Shown piece after piece: positions 20,801 to 30,306 of a DNA stretch of 64,000 bases. Made by a program: the position numbers and the translations under genes. The DNA lies in the IMG/VR virus record IMGVR_UViG_3300021254_000033, positions 14,586 through 78,585 of that record; one strand, written 5' to 3'. The first letter of the stretch is position 1, and every line of letters begins with the position of its first letter. The notes below the pieces were generated by a model. It did no database searches and was not told where the DNA came from. It worked only from the letters and a program-made list of their open reading frames with translations. The stretch is from a virus (Duplodnaviria; Caudoviricetes).

Positions 20801-22898
20801 TTATGATGAAGACATCTACTATCTTGATGCTCAAATGGTTTTATATGCTTCTGCTTTTCCTCAAATTAAATATACAATTAATGTAATTGAAGTTAGTGAA
20901 ATTGAAGAATATGAACCTTATGTATTTAGTATTGGGGATAAGACTTATATGGAAGATACAGAGTTCTTCGGCTGGGATTCTAAAGCACGTCCATATAAGG
21001 AAGAAATTATTATTTCAGAAGTCACATATAACTTAGATGACCCCTCTAAAAATACTATTAGGGTGCAAAATTACAAAACACAATTTGAAGATTTATTCCA
21101 GCGGATTGCTGCGGAAACACAATCTTTACAATATTCTACCGGTGAGTACAAGCGCGCCGCCAATGCAATTACTCAAGATTATATTCTTGATGGAGTGTTG
21201 ATGCAGAATAGTTTAAAGAATAATAATTTAGTTATTCAAAATGCTTTAAACCAGGCTGTAGTTTGGGATGATACTGGAATTAGTATTAGTAATTCAAGAA
21301 ATCCAAATGAGATTGTGCGGTTGACCAGTAATGGTATTGTATTGACAAGAGACGGCGGTCAGACTTGGGAAACTGGTATTACAGCAAGTGGAATTAATGC
21401 TGATGTAATTACTGCAGGGCGGTTGGATACAAATTCAATCAGGATTTTTAACGGAGAAAGACAAACTTTCCAATGGAATAGTACAGGAATTAATGCGTAT
21501 GCACAGAACCCCTCAACACAACAAGTTGATTATAATACTTTTGTACGGTTTGACCAGTATGGGTTATATGGATTAACAGCTGATGCTGATTGGGATCCTG
21601 ATACCCCTAGTGGAAGTCCTTCTTTATCCGGTTTAGCTAAAGTTAAGAGAGATGCTTATTTTTCTTTAACTTGGGATGGATTAAAGATTAATGTAAAAGA
21701 CAGTGATCGCAATTCTGATATTATTAATATTGGTAATGGCAGATTTTTAGTAAGGGGAGATGGCTCTATCTTTATCAGTCCTCCTGCTCCGACTTCTAGT
21801 ATATCAAAAACAGAAAGTATCAATGTTAATAATCAATTTATTGTTTATGATGATGGCTCTATTGTCGCCAAAGACGGTACATTTTCTGGTACTCTTTCCG
21901 CCGCGAAAGTCAGCGGTGCATTAACATCGAATGGTGACGGGTGGCTTGAAGGTATTGGTATTCGCACAGGATCCGATGGAAATGACCCACCATATTATAA
22001 TTTTTATGTTGGTTCTGATGGTGAGGTTAAAGCAGGTGGAGATGCTGTAAATGGACCCAATTTCCATGTTGATACGAATGGGAATGTGACTATTAAAGGG
22101 AATGTTACATTGGATAGTAATAGTGTTATTCAGTGGAGTAATTTAAGCGCGCAGGCACAAGGTTATGTTACAAGTGCTCAAGCTGATGCTACCCAGGCGC
22201 TAAGTGATGCTGGAGATGCTTTAACTGCAGCGGAATCTGCTCAAACCATAGCAGAAGGAAGTATTCAATCAACCATACGATTATGGTATTCTAAAGCTAA
22301 CACCACCTCTCCTACAAAACCTTCTGGAACCTCTCCTATAACTAGCACAGCCACAACACCTAATGGGTGGCGTACAGTTATACCAGCTTATAATGAAGAT
22401 TATCCATATTATTTTTATTGCTATCAACAATTAAAAGGGGATGGAACATATGAATGGACAGATCCTGTATATGAAAAAACAATTAGTGCTACTTCCAGTA
22501 ATGCTGTATATGCTTTAGCTCAAGGTCAATATACTTCTGCTGGTTCAACTTTTATTAGTGGTGATACTATTTATTCACCCACTGTTTCTGGTGGTTTGGT
22601 TGAAGGTGCAGTTGTAGCAGGAGGAGAATTTACCAACGCAGGTAGAGGCTCTTATTTAACAATAGGGGGAATAGATGCTAGTAGTGGATATGGTGATTTA
22701 GTTTTAAAAGGAAGAGATCCTTCAAGTGGTAGTTCATGGGAAGTTTTTAGAATACAGGATATGATAGGTTATGCTAATTTATATGTTTATACAGTTGGTA
22801 TTTTAAGAGTAAATGGTGCAAATTCAACTGCGGGTGCTTTAGGAAAATGGGATTTTTCAAACGCTACGGTTACCGGTATCCCCGCGATGTTTGGTTAA
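17895..22898 (+). CDS. Tail-associated hub/central fibre protein (Tal-like)
   Basis: 1667 aa after Dit; coiled coil; GIVLTRDGGQTW..GINADVITAGRLDT beta segment; C-terminal GKWDFSNATVTG motif. Confidence 0.75.
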   Translation: MEFNKPYKITLWEDETSYLVQRGNEKIVVTELQSSDTIINTWNSENCIAIIGSDTMDTPIRAFDPELKMEINGKKTLSFSIVFRYWDYEEEKFKLNPFVNLLVNERRVKLFYKNEWHEFVIKQKEENSEKYIFSYTCEDIYLTELGRNGYEVELNNELENNVGTAVQLGEKILTESDWEVAPIGEGENDSDAIIQTTKEGLYLFKIANSITATCLQDFEYDGVVVEEGTTKTIPANSTIYIFYSTFVNKENPIQFLFVEDNHYALDDHGFIMNSPNWSYEASSLPNFYGVSAEQLENPDVLQLNMSSYFGKKVFNMQETIYLTEIDKYCTSYMKNNTKYYCYKETQYASIAEIQNILVNTEAFLDTNGWGSYSSTINAYLPTAGGLNGQMVLQMNLTPGWVAYESFSDAEAAHAEGKRVYYKDGEKYILVRPTETLISSNTYYKNETCYNTGFFHNRQLLREMVASDEDTFVLMLQMDSADDPTLSAVRAEVYAEEVTEDGMGNDLLIQFDGPGTVNQDGYLTLFGKVKRSISYTTLLDTYTNVTFYLYGNGTYSVAKALCFKKLLDADGNLIIPDLQTTADTIIREKYYFFTADQIDNTINSTDDLVYAAIQYNDNGFEPYYPSSMEKITMIEGEKSNYFNLIQTICEKFECWAKFIIGHDEQGAILNYYELTQDTERKQGKTYYIPSSDNQLQDEDYYNHEKWVISSADSVSGLYERKASKKVAFKEYIGKDNLVGFRYGINLKSIVRNVVSDDITTKLIVEQNSNEFAKDGSCTIQKAALNPSGENMIFNFQYFINHGLIDEVELNKDLYGSVDKTGIALLPNLHDINKKLAKIVSEEAEIKFSIDDVNNSLLILKNQDSEAQEALSKLVQDIEATGYSDYTPAILEKFEYLRDLVTKQQYNNAVIDTYDDILANLEDLYVAYQSRLEYLIEQEKNYNEQKRILTKEFYKKYAKYIREGTWISEDYYDEDIYYLDAQMVLYASAFPQIKYTINVIEVSEIEEYEPYVFSIGDKTYMEDTEFFGWDSKARPYKEEIIISEVTYNLDDPSKNTIRVQNYKTQFEDLFQRIAAETQSLQYSTGEYKRAANAITQDYILDGVLMQNSLKNNNLVIQNALNQAVVWDDTGISISNSRNPNEIVRLTSNGIVLTRDGGQTWETGITASGINADVITAGRLDTNSIRIFNGERQTFQWNSTGINAYAQNPSTQQVDYNTFVRFDQYGLYGLTADADWDPDTPSGSPSLSGLAKVKRDAYFSLTWDGLKINVKDSDRNSDIINIGNGRFLVRGDGSIFISPPAPTSSISKTESINVNNQFIVYDDGSIVAKDGTFSGTLSAAKVSGALTSNGDGWLEGIGIRTGSDGNDPPYYNFYVGSDGEVKAGGDAVNGPNFHVDTNGNVTIKGNVTLDSNSVIQWSNLSAQAQGYVTSAQADATQALSDAGDALTAAESAQTIAEGSIQSTIRLWYSKANTTSPTKPSGTSPITSTATTPNGWRTVIPAYNEDYPYYFYCYQQLKGDGTYEWTDPVYEKTISATSSNAVYALAQGQYTSAGSTFISGDTIYSPTVSGGLVEGAVVAGGEFTNAGRGSYLTIGGIDASSGYGDLVLKGRDPSSGSSWEVFRIQDMIGYANLYVYTVGILRVNGANSTAGALGKWDFSNATVTGIPAMFG

Positions 22899-22911
22899 GG
22901 AGGGTGGATAG

Positions 22912-25900
22912 ATGGCTACATTTAATATTACCGAAAACTATGGACAAACTCTTGTATGGTCTGCCACTTTAGGGAGCAGATTTAATACATATAACTATAC
23001 TCGAGTTGGTATTACTACAACCTCTTTTACAGATGGTGCAACTTCTATTTCCGGTATTATATCAAGCACTAGTCATAATGCTACCGTATCTGCTACTGCT
23101 TCAACAAAGGACAGTAAGGGCAGTTTAACTACACCAACATATACTGACACTGTTTCTATTACGGGATCAAAAACTCTTTATGCTTTTGCACAAGTTGGGA
23201 CCGCAGGAGAGAAAAAATATTATAATATAGCAAGCACTACTCGAGCTTTTACTAATGTTACTGTTAGTATGTCTTCTATTAGTTATAACTCCGCGAAATT
23301 TAGTATAAGTTATAAAAGTGCTACAAAATATAAGCGTTTTGTTTATAAAAAAGGCACAAGTGGTACAGCTACTTATCTTCCCAGTAGTTCTACTTGGAAT
23401 AGTTCAAGTTCAGCATATTCAGCAACCATTAGTGGATTAGAACCTAATACAACATATTATTATAATGCTATTGTATCAACTTCTAGCACTCAAAGTAATA
23501 GCTATTCAGTAAATGTTTATGAAAGTAATACAAAATCTTTTACCACATCTAAACCAACAAGAGGCTTCTCACTTTCAATACGAAGTGGTACTTATAATAC
23601 CATAGCAGTAGCTGTAAATTCTGTTAGCCATTCATATACTACATATAAAATTTATTATGGAACAAGTAGCAACCCCTCTACGCTTTTAGGAACATATACC
23701 TCAAGCTCATCTTCAACAAAATATATTAGTAATTTAAGTGCAAATACTACATATTATGTACGTATTGATGTTACAAATGGAAGTACAACATATACAGGTA
23801 CCGTGAGTAGTATAAAAACCACAGCAGTTCCTTCAAGAACTATTTCAGCTTCTGCTGTTGCAGAAAAATCTACTCAATTAAGTGTAACTGTAGGTGCAAA
23901 TAGCACATATACTACATATCGAATTGGATATTCAACAGGTAGTTCATATCTTTATACAGCTTCTAGTAGTAGCTCATCTTCTGCTACACAAACTATAACT
24001 AATTTAGCACCTAACACAACTTATAATCTTATACTTGAAGTAGAAGTCAATGGAGGTTGGTATCAAACTGCTTCAACCACAGCAAAAACTGCTATGGTAA
24101 TTGAAAATGTAAGCGTAACTGGTACTTCTATTACTAGCGTAATAAATGGATTTTCAGCTTATTCGTATACTAGAACCATATATATACACGCTTATTTGGC
24201 AGGAACTAATACTCTAGTTGCACAAAATCAGGTAACAATGGCTGCTAATGCTACTACTAGTGGTAATATAACTGTTTCAGGACTTACTCCGGGTACATCA
24301 TATGATATTAAAGGTTTTATTTATTTAAATGGTGGTAGTGGCTCTTATGCTACAAATCCAGAAGGATATAATATATCGACAACAGCAAGTGCAACAACTC
24401 GCTTTAGTGTTACTGCTCCTTCTTCAGGATACCAAAATGATACTTACGGGACAACACTTACTGTTAGTATTACTACTGTAGATAGTACTTATCGTTATAA
24501 TCAAGTTTGGTATAGAATTGATGGTTCAGGTTCAAGTTATTCTAAGACAACTCTTACTACTAGTACATCAATAACTCTTTCCAGCTTAACCCCAGGAGAA
24601 ATTTATGAAATTAATGTATATAGCTCAGAGGCCTCTGCGGCTTATGGTCTTCCTGTTTATCCATCTCCTGATAATGCAAAAACACAGGTTACTAATGGTC
24701 GAGCTACTTTAGCGAGTAGCGGAGAGAGAGAAACTTCTATTACTGCTAATGTAAAATTACAATCTTCTTCTCTTTCGAGAAAAGTAACAATAGATGCTTA
24801 CAAAAATGGAACTAAATATCAATCTTGTTCTCATCCTGTTACTATTAATAGTGGAGATACAGCAAGTAATGTAAAAGTTGATGGTTTAGAGCCTAATACT
24901 ACTTATGATATTTATTGCTATGTGGAATATCCAGTCGGTAGTGGCACATATAAAAGACTTGGTGGGTTTTCTGCGACAACTCAATCATTACAAGGAACTC
25001 TTTCTGTAGCTAGTAATACAGAAACTGGTGTAAACTGGAGTGTTACAGGTTTATCTACTAATTCTGGTTATCAAAGAATTATATATTTTGATTTAGCAAC
25101 ATCTTCAGGTGGAAGTAATGTATACGGTAATTCCGCCACCATCACAGCAAGTACTAGTTCTACTAGTAATACCTGCTGGAAAATTCCTCCTTCTACTGGT
25201 TCATCTGCGACTACTTTATATTATAATTGTTATGTTCGTTTTGATAATCAAGTTAATACTGATGGAAAAAGTGTACAATTTTTACTTAAAAGTGGTACTT
25301 ATACAGTACCCTATGTTCAGGGTTCAATTTCGGGTACTGCTGTGGCAGAAACTAGTATAACTTGCCAATTAACTGGTCTTTCTAGTTATCCAGTTGCAAG
25401 AACTATTAGTATAGATGCCATACCTACCTCTGGTTCAACTGTAAATTACTCGGGGACTGTCTCCGCAAGCACCACTAGTAAAACTGGAATTCAAATTACT
25501 GGATTAAAAAAAGGAACAGATTATACGGTATATGCCTATATAAAATTTGGAACAACCTACGGTCCAACCGGTGATAGTTATTACTCTTTAGGTTCATACA
25601 CAGTTAGAACAAGTGGGGCTAATATTGATCCTTGGACTTGGACTGCACCAAATACATACAATGCAATAACTCGAACGGATACTATTGCTACTCAAGCGCA
25701 AATGACCAGTGCAGATACCGCATTAACCAATAAACAGGCAACAACGAATTTTAGTTTCAGGGTTTGGAACGATTTAGTATATAAAGTTTATGAGGCTTGC
25801 ACCGTCGCGGGTCGAGGATGGGATACTACCTATTTAACTTTAAGTCAGACACTAATGAGCACAAGCGATTCAACAGATAGAATACTTACAGCAGACCGAT

Positions 25901-26025
25901 ATAATGCTGTAAGAAATCAATGGTCTAGTGGTATTGCAAAAGTTAATACAAATGATATAATTTATGCTCAAGCTCATTTTTATGACTTAACTACCTCGTT
26001 AAATACTTGGATAAATAGTTTATAA
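22912..26025 (+). CDS. Ser/Thr-rich fibronectin type III repeat tail fibre/adhesin
   Basis: 1037 aa; about 7-8 (G/N)LxPxTxY FN3 signatures; last gene of the tail module. Confidence 0.75.
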   Translation: MATFNITENYGQTLVWSATLGSRFNTYNYTRVGITTTSFTDGATSISGIISSTSHNATVSATASTKDSKGSLTTPTYTDTVSITGSKTLYAFAQVGTAGEKKYYNIASTTRAFTNVTVSMSSISYNSAKFSISYKSATKYKRFVYKKGTSGTATYLPSSSTWNSSSSAYSATISGLEPNTTYYYNAIVSTSSTQSNSYSVNVYESNTKSFTTSKPTRGFSLSIRSGTYNTIAVAVNSVSHSYTTYKIYYGTSSNPSTLLGTYTSSSSSTKYISNLSANTTYYVRIDVTNGSTTYTGTVSSIKTTAVPSRTISASAVAEKSTQLSVTVGANSTYTTYRIGYSTGSSYLYTASSSSSSSATQTITNLAPNTTYNLILEVEVNGGWYQTASTTAKTAMVIENVSVTGTSITSVINGFSAYSYTRTIYIHAYLAGTNTLVAQNQVTMAANATTSGNITVSGLTPGTSYDIKGFIYLNGGSGSYATNPEGYNISTTASATTRFSVTAPSSGYQNDTYGTTLTVSITTVDSTYRYNQVWYRIDGSGSSYSKTTLTTSTSITLSSLTPGEIYEINVYSSEASAAYGLPVYPSPDNAKTQVTNGRATLASSGERETSITANVKLQSSSLSRKVTIDAYKNGTKYQSCSHPVTINSGDTASNVKVDGLEPNTTYDIYCYVEYPVGSGTYKRLGGFSATTQSLQGTLSVASNTETGVNWSVTGLSTNSGYQRIIYFDLATSSGGSNVYGNSATITASTSSTSNTCWKIPPSTGSSATTLYYNCYVRFDNQVNTDGKSVQFLLKSGTYTVPYVQGSISGTAVAETSITCQLTGLSSYPVARTISIDAIPTSGSTVNYSGTVSASTTSKTGIQITGLKKGTDYTVYAYIKFGTTYGPTGDSYYSLGSYTVRTSGANIDPWTWTAPNTYNAITRTDTIATQAQMTSADTALTNKQATTNFSFRVWNDLVYKVYEACTVAGRGWDTTYLTLSQTLMSTSDSTDRILTADRYNAVRNQWSSGIAKVNTNDIIYAQAHFYDLTTSLNTWINSL

Positions 26026-26028
26026 TAT

Positions 26029-26062
26029 AAAAAAAAAGAACGACTAATAAGTCGTTCTTTTA
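26029..26062. terminator. Bidirectional terminator between convergent modules
   Basis: AAAGAACGACT-AATA-AGTCGTTCTTT flanked by A and T runs. Confidence 0.85.
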
Positions 26063-26064
26063 CT

Positions 26065-26445
26065 TTATTCAGAAAAGAAAGGAAACAATGCTGACCACTG
26101 TATCGGTGTTAATTCAAAATTATTAAGCATCTCATTTTCCTCTTCTGTAAAAACAAAATTTTCTGATTCCCATTCTACAGATTGAAGTTCTTTTATTTTT
26201 TCTTGGCATTCTTTTGAAGTTTCTGGTTTAAGAGAAATACCATTTTCAGTTGTTTTTATATTTCCTTCATCATCTTTCTCTGCGTATTCTGAAACTAATG
26301 CCTCTAATTTTCCTCTATAAAATTCTGCTGCAGATTGTGCTTCTACATTTATCTTATGAAGTTTAAAGGCTAATTTAAAAGGCATCTTTAAAGAAAATAA
26401 TTCAGAATACATATTTGTAAAATTTAATGCTTCTTGAATTGTCAT
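26065..26445 (-). CDS. Hypothetical protein (possibly DUF1617-like)
   Basis: 126-aa helical ORF; family call from memory of similar phage ORFs. Confidence 0.4.
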   Translation of the reverse strand: MTIQEALNFTNMYSELFSLKMPFKLAFKLHKINVEAQSAAEFYRGKLEALVSEYAEKDDEGNIKTTENGISLKPETSKECQEKIKELQSVEWESENFVFTEEENEMLNNFELTPIQWSALFPFFSE

Positions 26446-26457
26446 TTATACCTCTAT

Positions 26458-27177
26458 CTATTCCCAGCTTACTATTTCAGGTTTTTTATTAAAATTGTCT
26501 ACTGCATATTTTCCAATACCAATCGCATCGGCGCAATCATTAGATACGCTAACATCATACCATTTCTTAATTAGTATTTGCATTGACTTCTTTTTGTCTG
26601 CTCTTGTTCTACCGATTACTCCACAATGTTTTCTCCATGCCGCAGTATGACATATTTCATATTGAATACCTTCTTCGTAAAGGCAATTTAATAAAATACC
26701 TTGAAGGCGCGCGAGCGTTTCAAAAGTTGTTACTCCAACTTGCTTTTGATATTGTATACCTTCTAGCGCCACTAAATCTGGTTGCCAATTATTTATCATA
26801 CTAATAAGCCAGTTTTTTATTGTATTATCTCTTGCTATTTCATTATCTAATTGAGTTTCAAAAGTTCCATAACGCAATAATTCTCCATTAGAAAAAAGAC
26901 TCCAGCCACTAATTCTAGTGGCTTGGTCTAAAGCTAAAACTCTATATTCATCTTTTTTCTTTGGAACTAAAATTTCTTTTTGATCTTTAAATTCATTTCT
27001 TTGACAAACTGGACACTCTCGTCTAGTTCTTAATTTTTTCCAAGAAGAATAAACACGATGTCCTTCACTACATTCAAAAACCATTTCTGTATCAAGGTTT
27101 TTGTATTCCGTAGAAATAAGCGTCCATCCATCTTTACTTAATTCTTCTTGTATATCTTCTATTTTAATTTTACTCAT
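26458..27177 (-). CDS. RuvC-like Holliday junction resolvase with N-terminal Zn ribbon
   Basis: VLALDQAT, VALEG, DCADAIGI catalytic pattern; CxxGH..CPVC N-terminal domain. Confidence 0.8.
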   Translation of the reverse strand: MSKIKIEDIQEELSKDGWTLISTEYKNLDTEMVFECSEGHRVYSSWKKLRTRRECPVCQRNEFKDQKEILVPKKKDEYRVLALDQATRISGWSLFSNGELLRYGTFETQLDNEIARDNTIKNWLISMINNWQPDLVALEGIQYQKQVGVTTFETLARLQGILLNCLYEEGIQYEICHTAAWRKHCGVIGRTRADKKKSMQILIKKWYDVSVSNDCADAIGIGKYAVDNFNKKPEIVSWE

Positions 27178-28080
27178 TTATAAAATACCAGTGCTTCCAA
27201 AACCACCACCGCGGTCTTCTCCAATTTCACCTACTTTTTCTACTCTAAAGAAATCAATTTTAGGAACTTCAGAAAGAACTAATTGACAGAACTTTTCGCC
27301 TTTATTAATTGAATAAGATTGACCATATTCAAGGCTTTTGATGCGTAGTTCCTCTGTTCTTCCACCGTTTGGATTATTAATTGGTTCATATTGAATATCC
27401 TTAATTGGAGGTTCTACATTTTCTACAATTACTCCAATTTCATCCCGGTAGCCTGCATCAATTGTTCCTGGTGTATTAGCAACACGTAATTTTGTTTTTA
27501 GACAGCGGCCGCTCTTTGGGCGAACCTGAATTTCATATCCTGGTGGGATAGCTACTTTAATACCTGTTGGAATTAGTTTTGTTTCTCCAGGTTTAATGAT
27601 ATAATCATCTAAAGCATAAACATCTAATCCACTATCTGACACATGAGCATACTGTGGAATTCTTGCATTTTCGTGACATAATTCTATTGGAATTCGAATA
27701 ATTCTTTTTGAAATACCTTCTGTTTCATTAATGGCATTAGACATAGAATTAATAATTTGAATAAAGAAGTCTTTTTTAATATTTGATAATTCTTCTAAGT
27801 TGTTAATGGCTTCTATGGCTTCATTGAAAGCTTCATTTATATCTTCGGAAGTATATCCATCTTTATTTATACTCTGAACTAATGCCACTCTTGCATTAGC
27901 ATTATTAATTGACATTGCAAAACTTTCTAATAACCCTGGCGCAATTAATTCAAATTGATCATCTGGTAACTCAAAAATAGCATTTAACATTTCTGCAGTG
28001 TCTTCATTAGTAGCAAGAGCTTCTAATGTGGATGCAATTTCTTCTACTGTTTCTTTCGTAATTTTTTCATCATTCTTCAT
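27178..28080 (-). CDS. dut: Trimeric dUTPase with N-terminal extension
   Basis: SGLDVY, RPKSG, GTIDAGYRDEI, CQLV, RGGGFGSTG motifs; start moved to ATG 28080 (GGAGG RBS). Confidence 0.92.
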   Translation of the reverse strand: MKNDEKITKETVEEIASTLEALATNEDTAEMLNAIFELPDDQFELIAPGLLESFAMSINNANARVALVQSINKDGYTSEDINEAFNEAIEAINNLEELSNIKKDFFIQIINSMSNAINETEGISKRIIRIPIELCHENARIPQYAHVSDSGLDVYALDDYIIKPGETKLIPTGIKVAIPPGYEIQVRPKSGRCLKTKLRVANTPGTIDAGYRDEIGVIVENVEPPIKDIQYEPINNPNGGRTEELRIKSLEYGQSYSINKGEKFCQLVLSEVPKIDFFRVEKVGEIGEDRGGGFGSTGIL

Positions 28081-28291
28081 CCCAAATCCCTCCAAATTGC
28101 TGCACGAGTTTTACAATATATGCTTCATCGATAATTTCACCTTTTGCTTTTTTAGTTTTATAAGTGTATCCCGCCGCAGTTAAAATAAAACCATCATTTT
28201 CTGCTTTATTTTTGTAGTCTTCAATAAGTTTTTTTGCTTCAGGTTCACTGTCTGCCCTAAATTCTAAGGTTTGTTTTAAGATTCGTGTCAT
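28070..28291 (-). CDS. Hypothetical protein
   Basis: 73-aa ORF, coupled overlaps, GGAGGAG RBS. Confidence 0.55.
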   Translation of the reverse strand: MTRILKQTLEFRADSEPEAKKLIEDYKNKAENDGFILTAAGYTYKTKKAKGEIIDEAYIVKLVQQFGGIWDEE

Positions 28292-28923
28292 TTTTCTCCT
28301 CCATTAAAATATGCTGTAACTATTTCTTTAAATAATGGTAACTCTAATAATTCAACACAAAATTCTCTCCATTCAGGAAGTCTGTGATTATATCTTTGTA
28401 TATATATATTTAACAAACATCTATAATTAGTTGTTAATCTCGCTGTTAATTGAAACCCCGCAGGAGTATTGTATAATATTTCTAAATACAATTTATCCAA
28501 CATTTTTTTTCTTTCTTCCATAACTTTTTGAGAGTCTTTTTTAAGAGAAGAAAGCCGATTATACTCATTTACTTTTTCTTGTACTATATCAATAATTCTT
28601 GAATCAACATATTCATTACACTGTTCTTTTAAATTAAACCTAGTAATTCTATGCATTGTACTTTGACTTGTAACAAATTCTAAAAAACGGTACCTCTCTG
28701 CCTCAACCCAAGCTTTATTTGAAAAGGTAACATCAAAATTAACTCTTACTCCTGTAAGCCATTGAGCATGAGACCCATTTCCATAAGAAGCTTTTACTAA
28801 GTTTAATCCTCTTTTTATATCCTTATCATTACTTAATCTTCGTTCAGTTTCGGTTCTCATAGCATATCCACTTGCTATCAAACTTTCTTCTAAATCATAA
28901 ACTTTTACATTACTCAAAATCAT
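28288..28923 (-). CDS. ThyX-like (flavin-dependent thymidylate synthase-like) protein, divergent
   Basis: ERYRFLEFVTSQSTMHR resembles but departs from RHRx7SxR; TNYRCLLNIY..RYNHRLPEW; lies between dut and dCMP deaminase. Confidence 0.55.
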   Translation of the reverse strand: MILSNVKVYDLEESLIASGYAMRTETERRLSNDKDIKRGLNLVKASYGNGSHAQWLTGVRVNFDVTFSNKAWVEAERYRFLEFVTSQSTMHRITRFNLKEQCNEYVDSRIIDIVQEKVNEYNRLSSLKKDSQKVMEERKKMLDKLYLEILYNTPAGFQLTARLTTNYRCLLNIYIQRYNHRLPEWREFCVELLELPLFKEIVTAYFNGGEK

Positions 28924-29338
28924 TTAGAATTTTCTCCTTCACATAATCTCCATATTGGTTAATATAAAAAATTTCTTTTATTCCTAAATCTCTAATTAAT
29001 TTACTACAGGCCGCGCAAGGACGACTACATCCTTTTTGTCCATTTTTTAATTCTCTATAAACATAAATAGAAACTCTGCTCCAGTCTATTTCTTTGCCAA
29101 TTAATGGAGATAATGCATCTACTTCTGCGTGTTGTCTTGCTATAGAATGTTCATAATCTGTCATATCTCTATAGAAGTTATATTTGTGCTGCAGTGGGCG
29201 AGTTTTATTTGAGTTAAAACCAGTTGATAAAATATGATTTTTTTCTACTACAACTGCGCCCACTTTAGTTCTATGATAGTCACCTAAATAGCTTATTTCT
29301 TTTGCTATATTAAAAAACCTTTTCTCTTTTTTAGTCAT
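28910..29338 (-). CDS. dCMP/cytidine deaminase family protein
   Basis: HAE..RPCAAC zinc motif; VGAVVV; start moved to ATG 29338. Confidence 0.85.
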   Translation of the reverse strand: MTKKEKRFFNIAKEISYLGDYHRTKVGAVVVEKNHILSTGFNSNKTRPLQHKYNFYRDMTDYEHSIARQHAEVDALSPLIGKEIDWSRVSIYVYRELKNGQKGCSRPCAACSKLIRDLGIKEIFYINQYGDYVKEKILNDFE

Positions 29339-29372
29339 TTTCTTCCTTTCTACCATATCATTTTCTATATAT

Positions 29373-29401
29373 AGTATACTACAAAAGAAAAAAATATTCA
29401 A
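29373..29401 (-). promoter_or_regulatory. sigmaA-type promoter
   Basis: TTGAAT-N17-TATACT followed by ATATATAG. Confidence 0.75.
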
Positions 29402-29404
29402 GTT

Positions 29405-29590
29405 TTAATCGGGAATTTTATGATATAAACCACAATGACACCATTCATCTGAGCCTTCTAAAAAATTTAAACAGATACATTTTGTTCTTTCATTTTTTTG
29501 CAGTTGACAACAACAATATCCATCGTTTTCTTTTATTGCTTCTAAAATTTCTTTTTGTTTTTCTTTATCTGGTGTAATTGAGATTTTCAT
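29405..29590 (-). CDS. Ferredoxin-thioredoxin reductase catalytic-chain-like small protein
   Basis: GYCCC..CIC..CHCGLY matches the CPC/CPC/CHC layout of FTR beta chains. Confidence 0.7.
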   Translation of the reverse strand: MKISITPDKEKQKEILEAIKENDGYCCCQLQKNERTKCICLNFLEGSDEWCHCGLYHKIPD

Positions 29591-30092
29591 TAGTTAGTCT
29601 CCTTGCGTATTGATTACTACTAGACAATTCAACTCCTAAAATTTCATCATAATGAGGAGAATCATTGGGAATATATCTACCATATTTAACAATGATATTA
29701 GGAAAGTTAAATAAATTTTTATATAACGTAGATAAACCATCCTCAGTAGTATTTTCTAATTCTTCTTTAGTATATCCTGTGTAAATAACTATATCATCAT
29801 TACATTTATACACTCTACGTAACGTATCTATAAAAGTAATTAACTCAAATTTTGAGTCAAAAGGTTCTAATCCGCCGCAAACTACTGCATTAGTTAACGG
29901 ATTATTAATATATCGTTTACATATTTTTTCTACATCCATATCTAAAATAGGAGTACTCACTAACGAAGAGTTTTGACAAATCTTTTCTCCAGCTTCATTG
30001 TCACATTTAAATGAGCAATATGGAAAAATTAAAAACATTGAGATTTTTTTGTAATTACAAATATCTTCATCAATTATTCCACGTATTTTCAT
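29565..30092 (-). CDS. nrdG: Anaerobic RNR activase (radical SAM)
   Basis: CSFKC..CQN, GGLEP, IYTGY, SSNQY motifs; downstream of nrdD. Confidence 0.85.
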   Translation of the reverse strand: MKIRGIIDEDICNYKKISMFLIFPYCSFKCDNEAGEKICQNSSLVSTPILDMDVEKICKRYINNPLTNAVVCGGLEPFDSKFELITFIDTLRRVYKCNDDIVIYTGYTKEELENTTEDGLSTLYKNLFNFPNIIVKYGRYIPNDSPHYDEILGVELSSSNQYARRLTNENLNYTR

Positions 30093-30306
30093 TTTTATTC
30101 CTTCTTTCTTTTCCCTTTTTTAATCCTTTTTCAAACCCCTCAATATATCTTTTAGTCATTTCAGCTTTTATATTATCATAAATACTAGGAAAACAGTTAG
30201 CCATAAGGAATTCAAAAGAAATTTCTTCAGAAAGGTTAATACCATCTTTTTCAAGTCGGTCTACTATATTTTTTAATCTACCTAATTGTACAGTGTCTAA
30301 TTTCAT
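30070..30306 (-). CDS. Hypothetical protein
   Basis: 78-aa ORF between nrdD and nrdG. Confidence 0.5.
   Translation of the reverse strand: MKLDTVQLGRLKNIVDRLEKDGINLSEEISFEFLMANCFPSIYDNIKAEMTKRYIEGFEKGLKKGKERRNKNENTWNN

Noticed and set aside
22912-26025. Diversity-generating retroelement acting on the fibre or BspA gene
   Set aside because: No reverse transcriptase and no TR/VR pair differing only at adenines was seen in this window; it cannot be excluded elsewhere in the genome.
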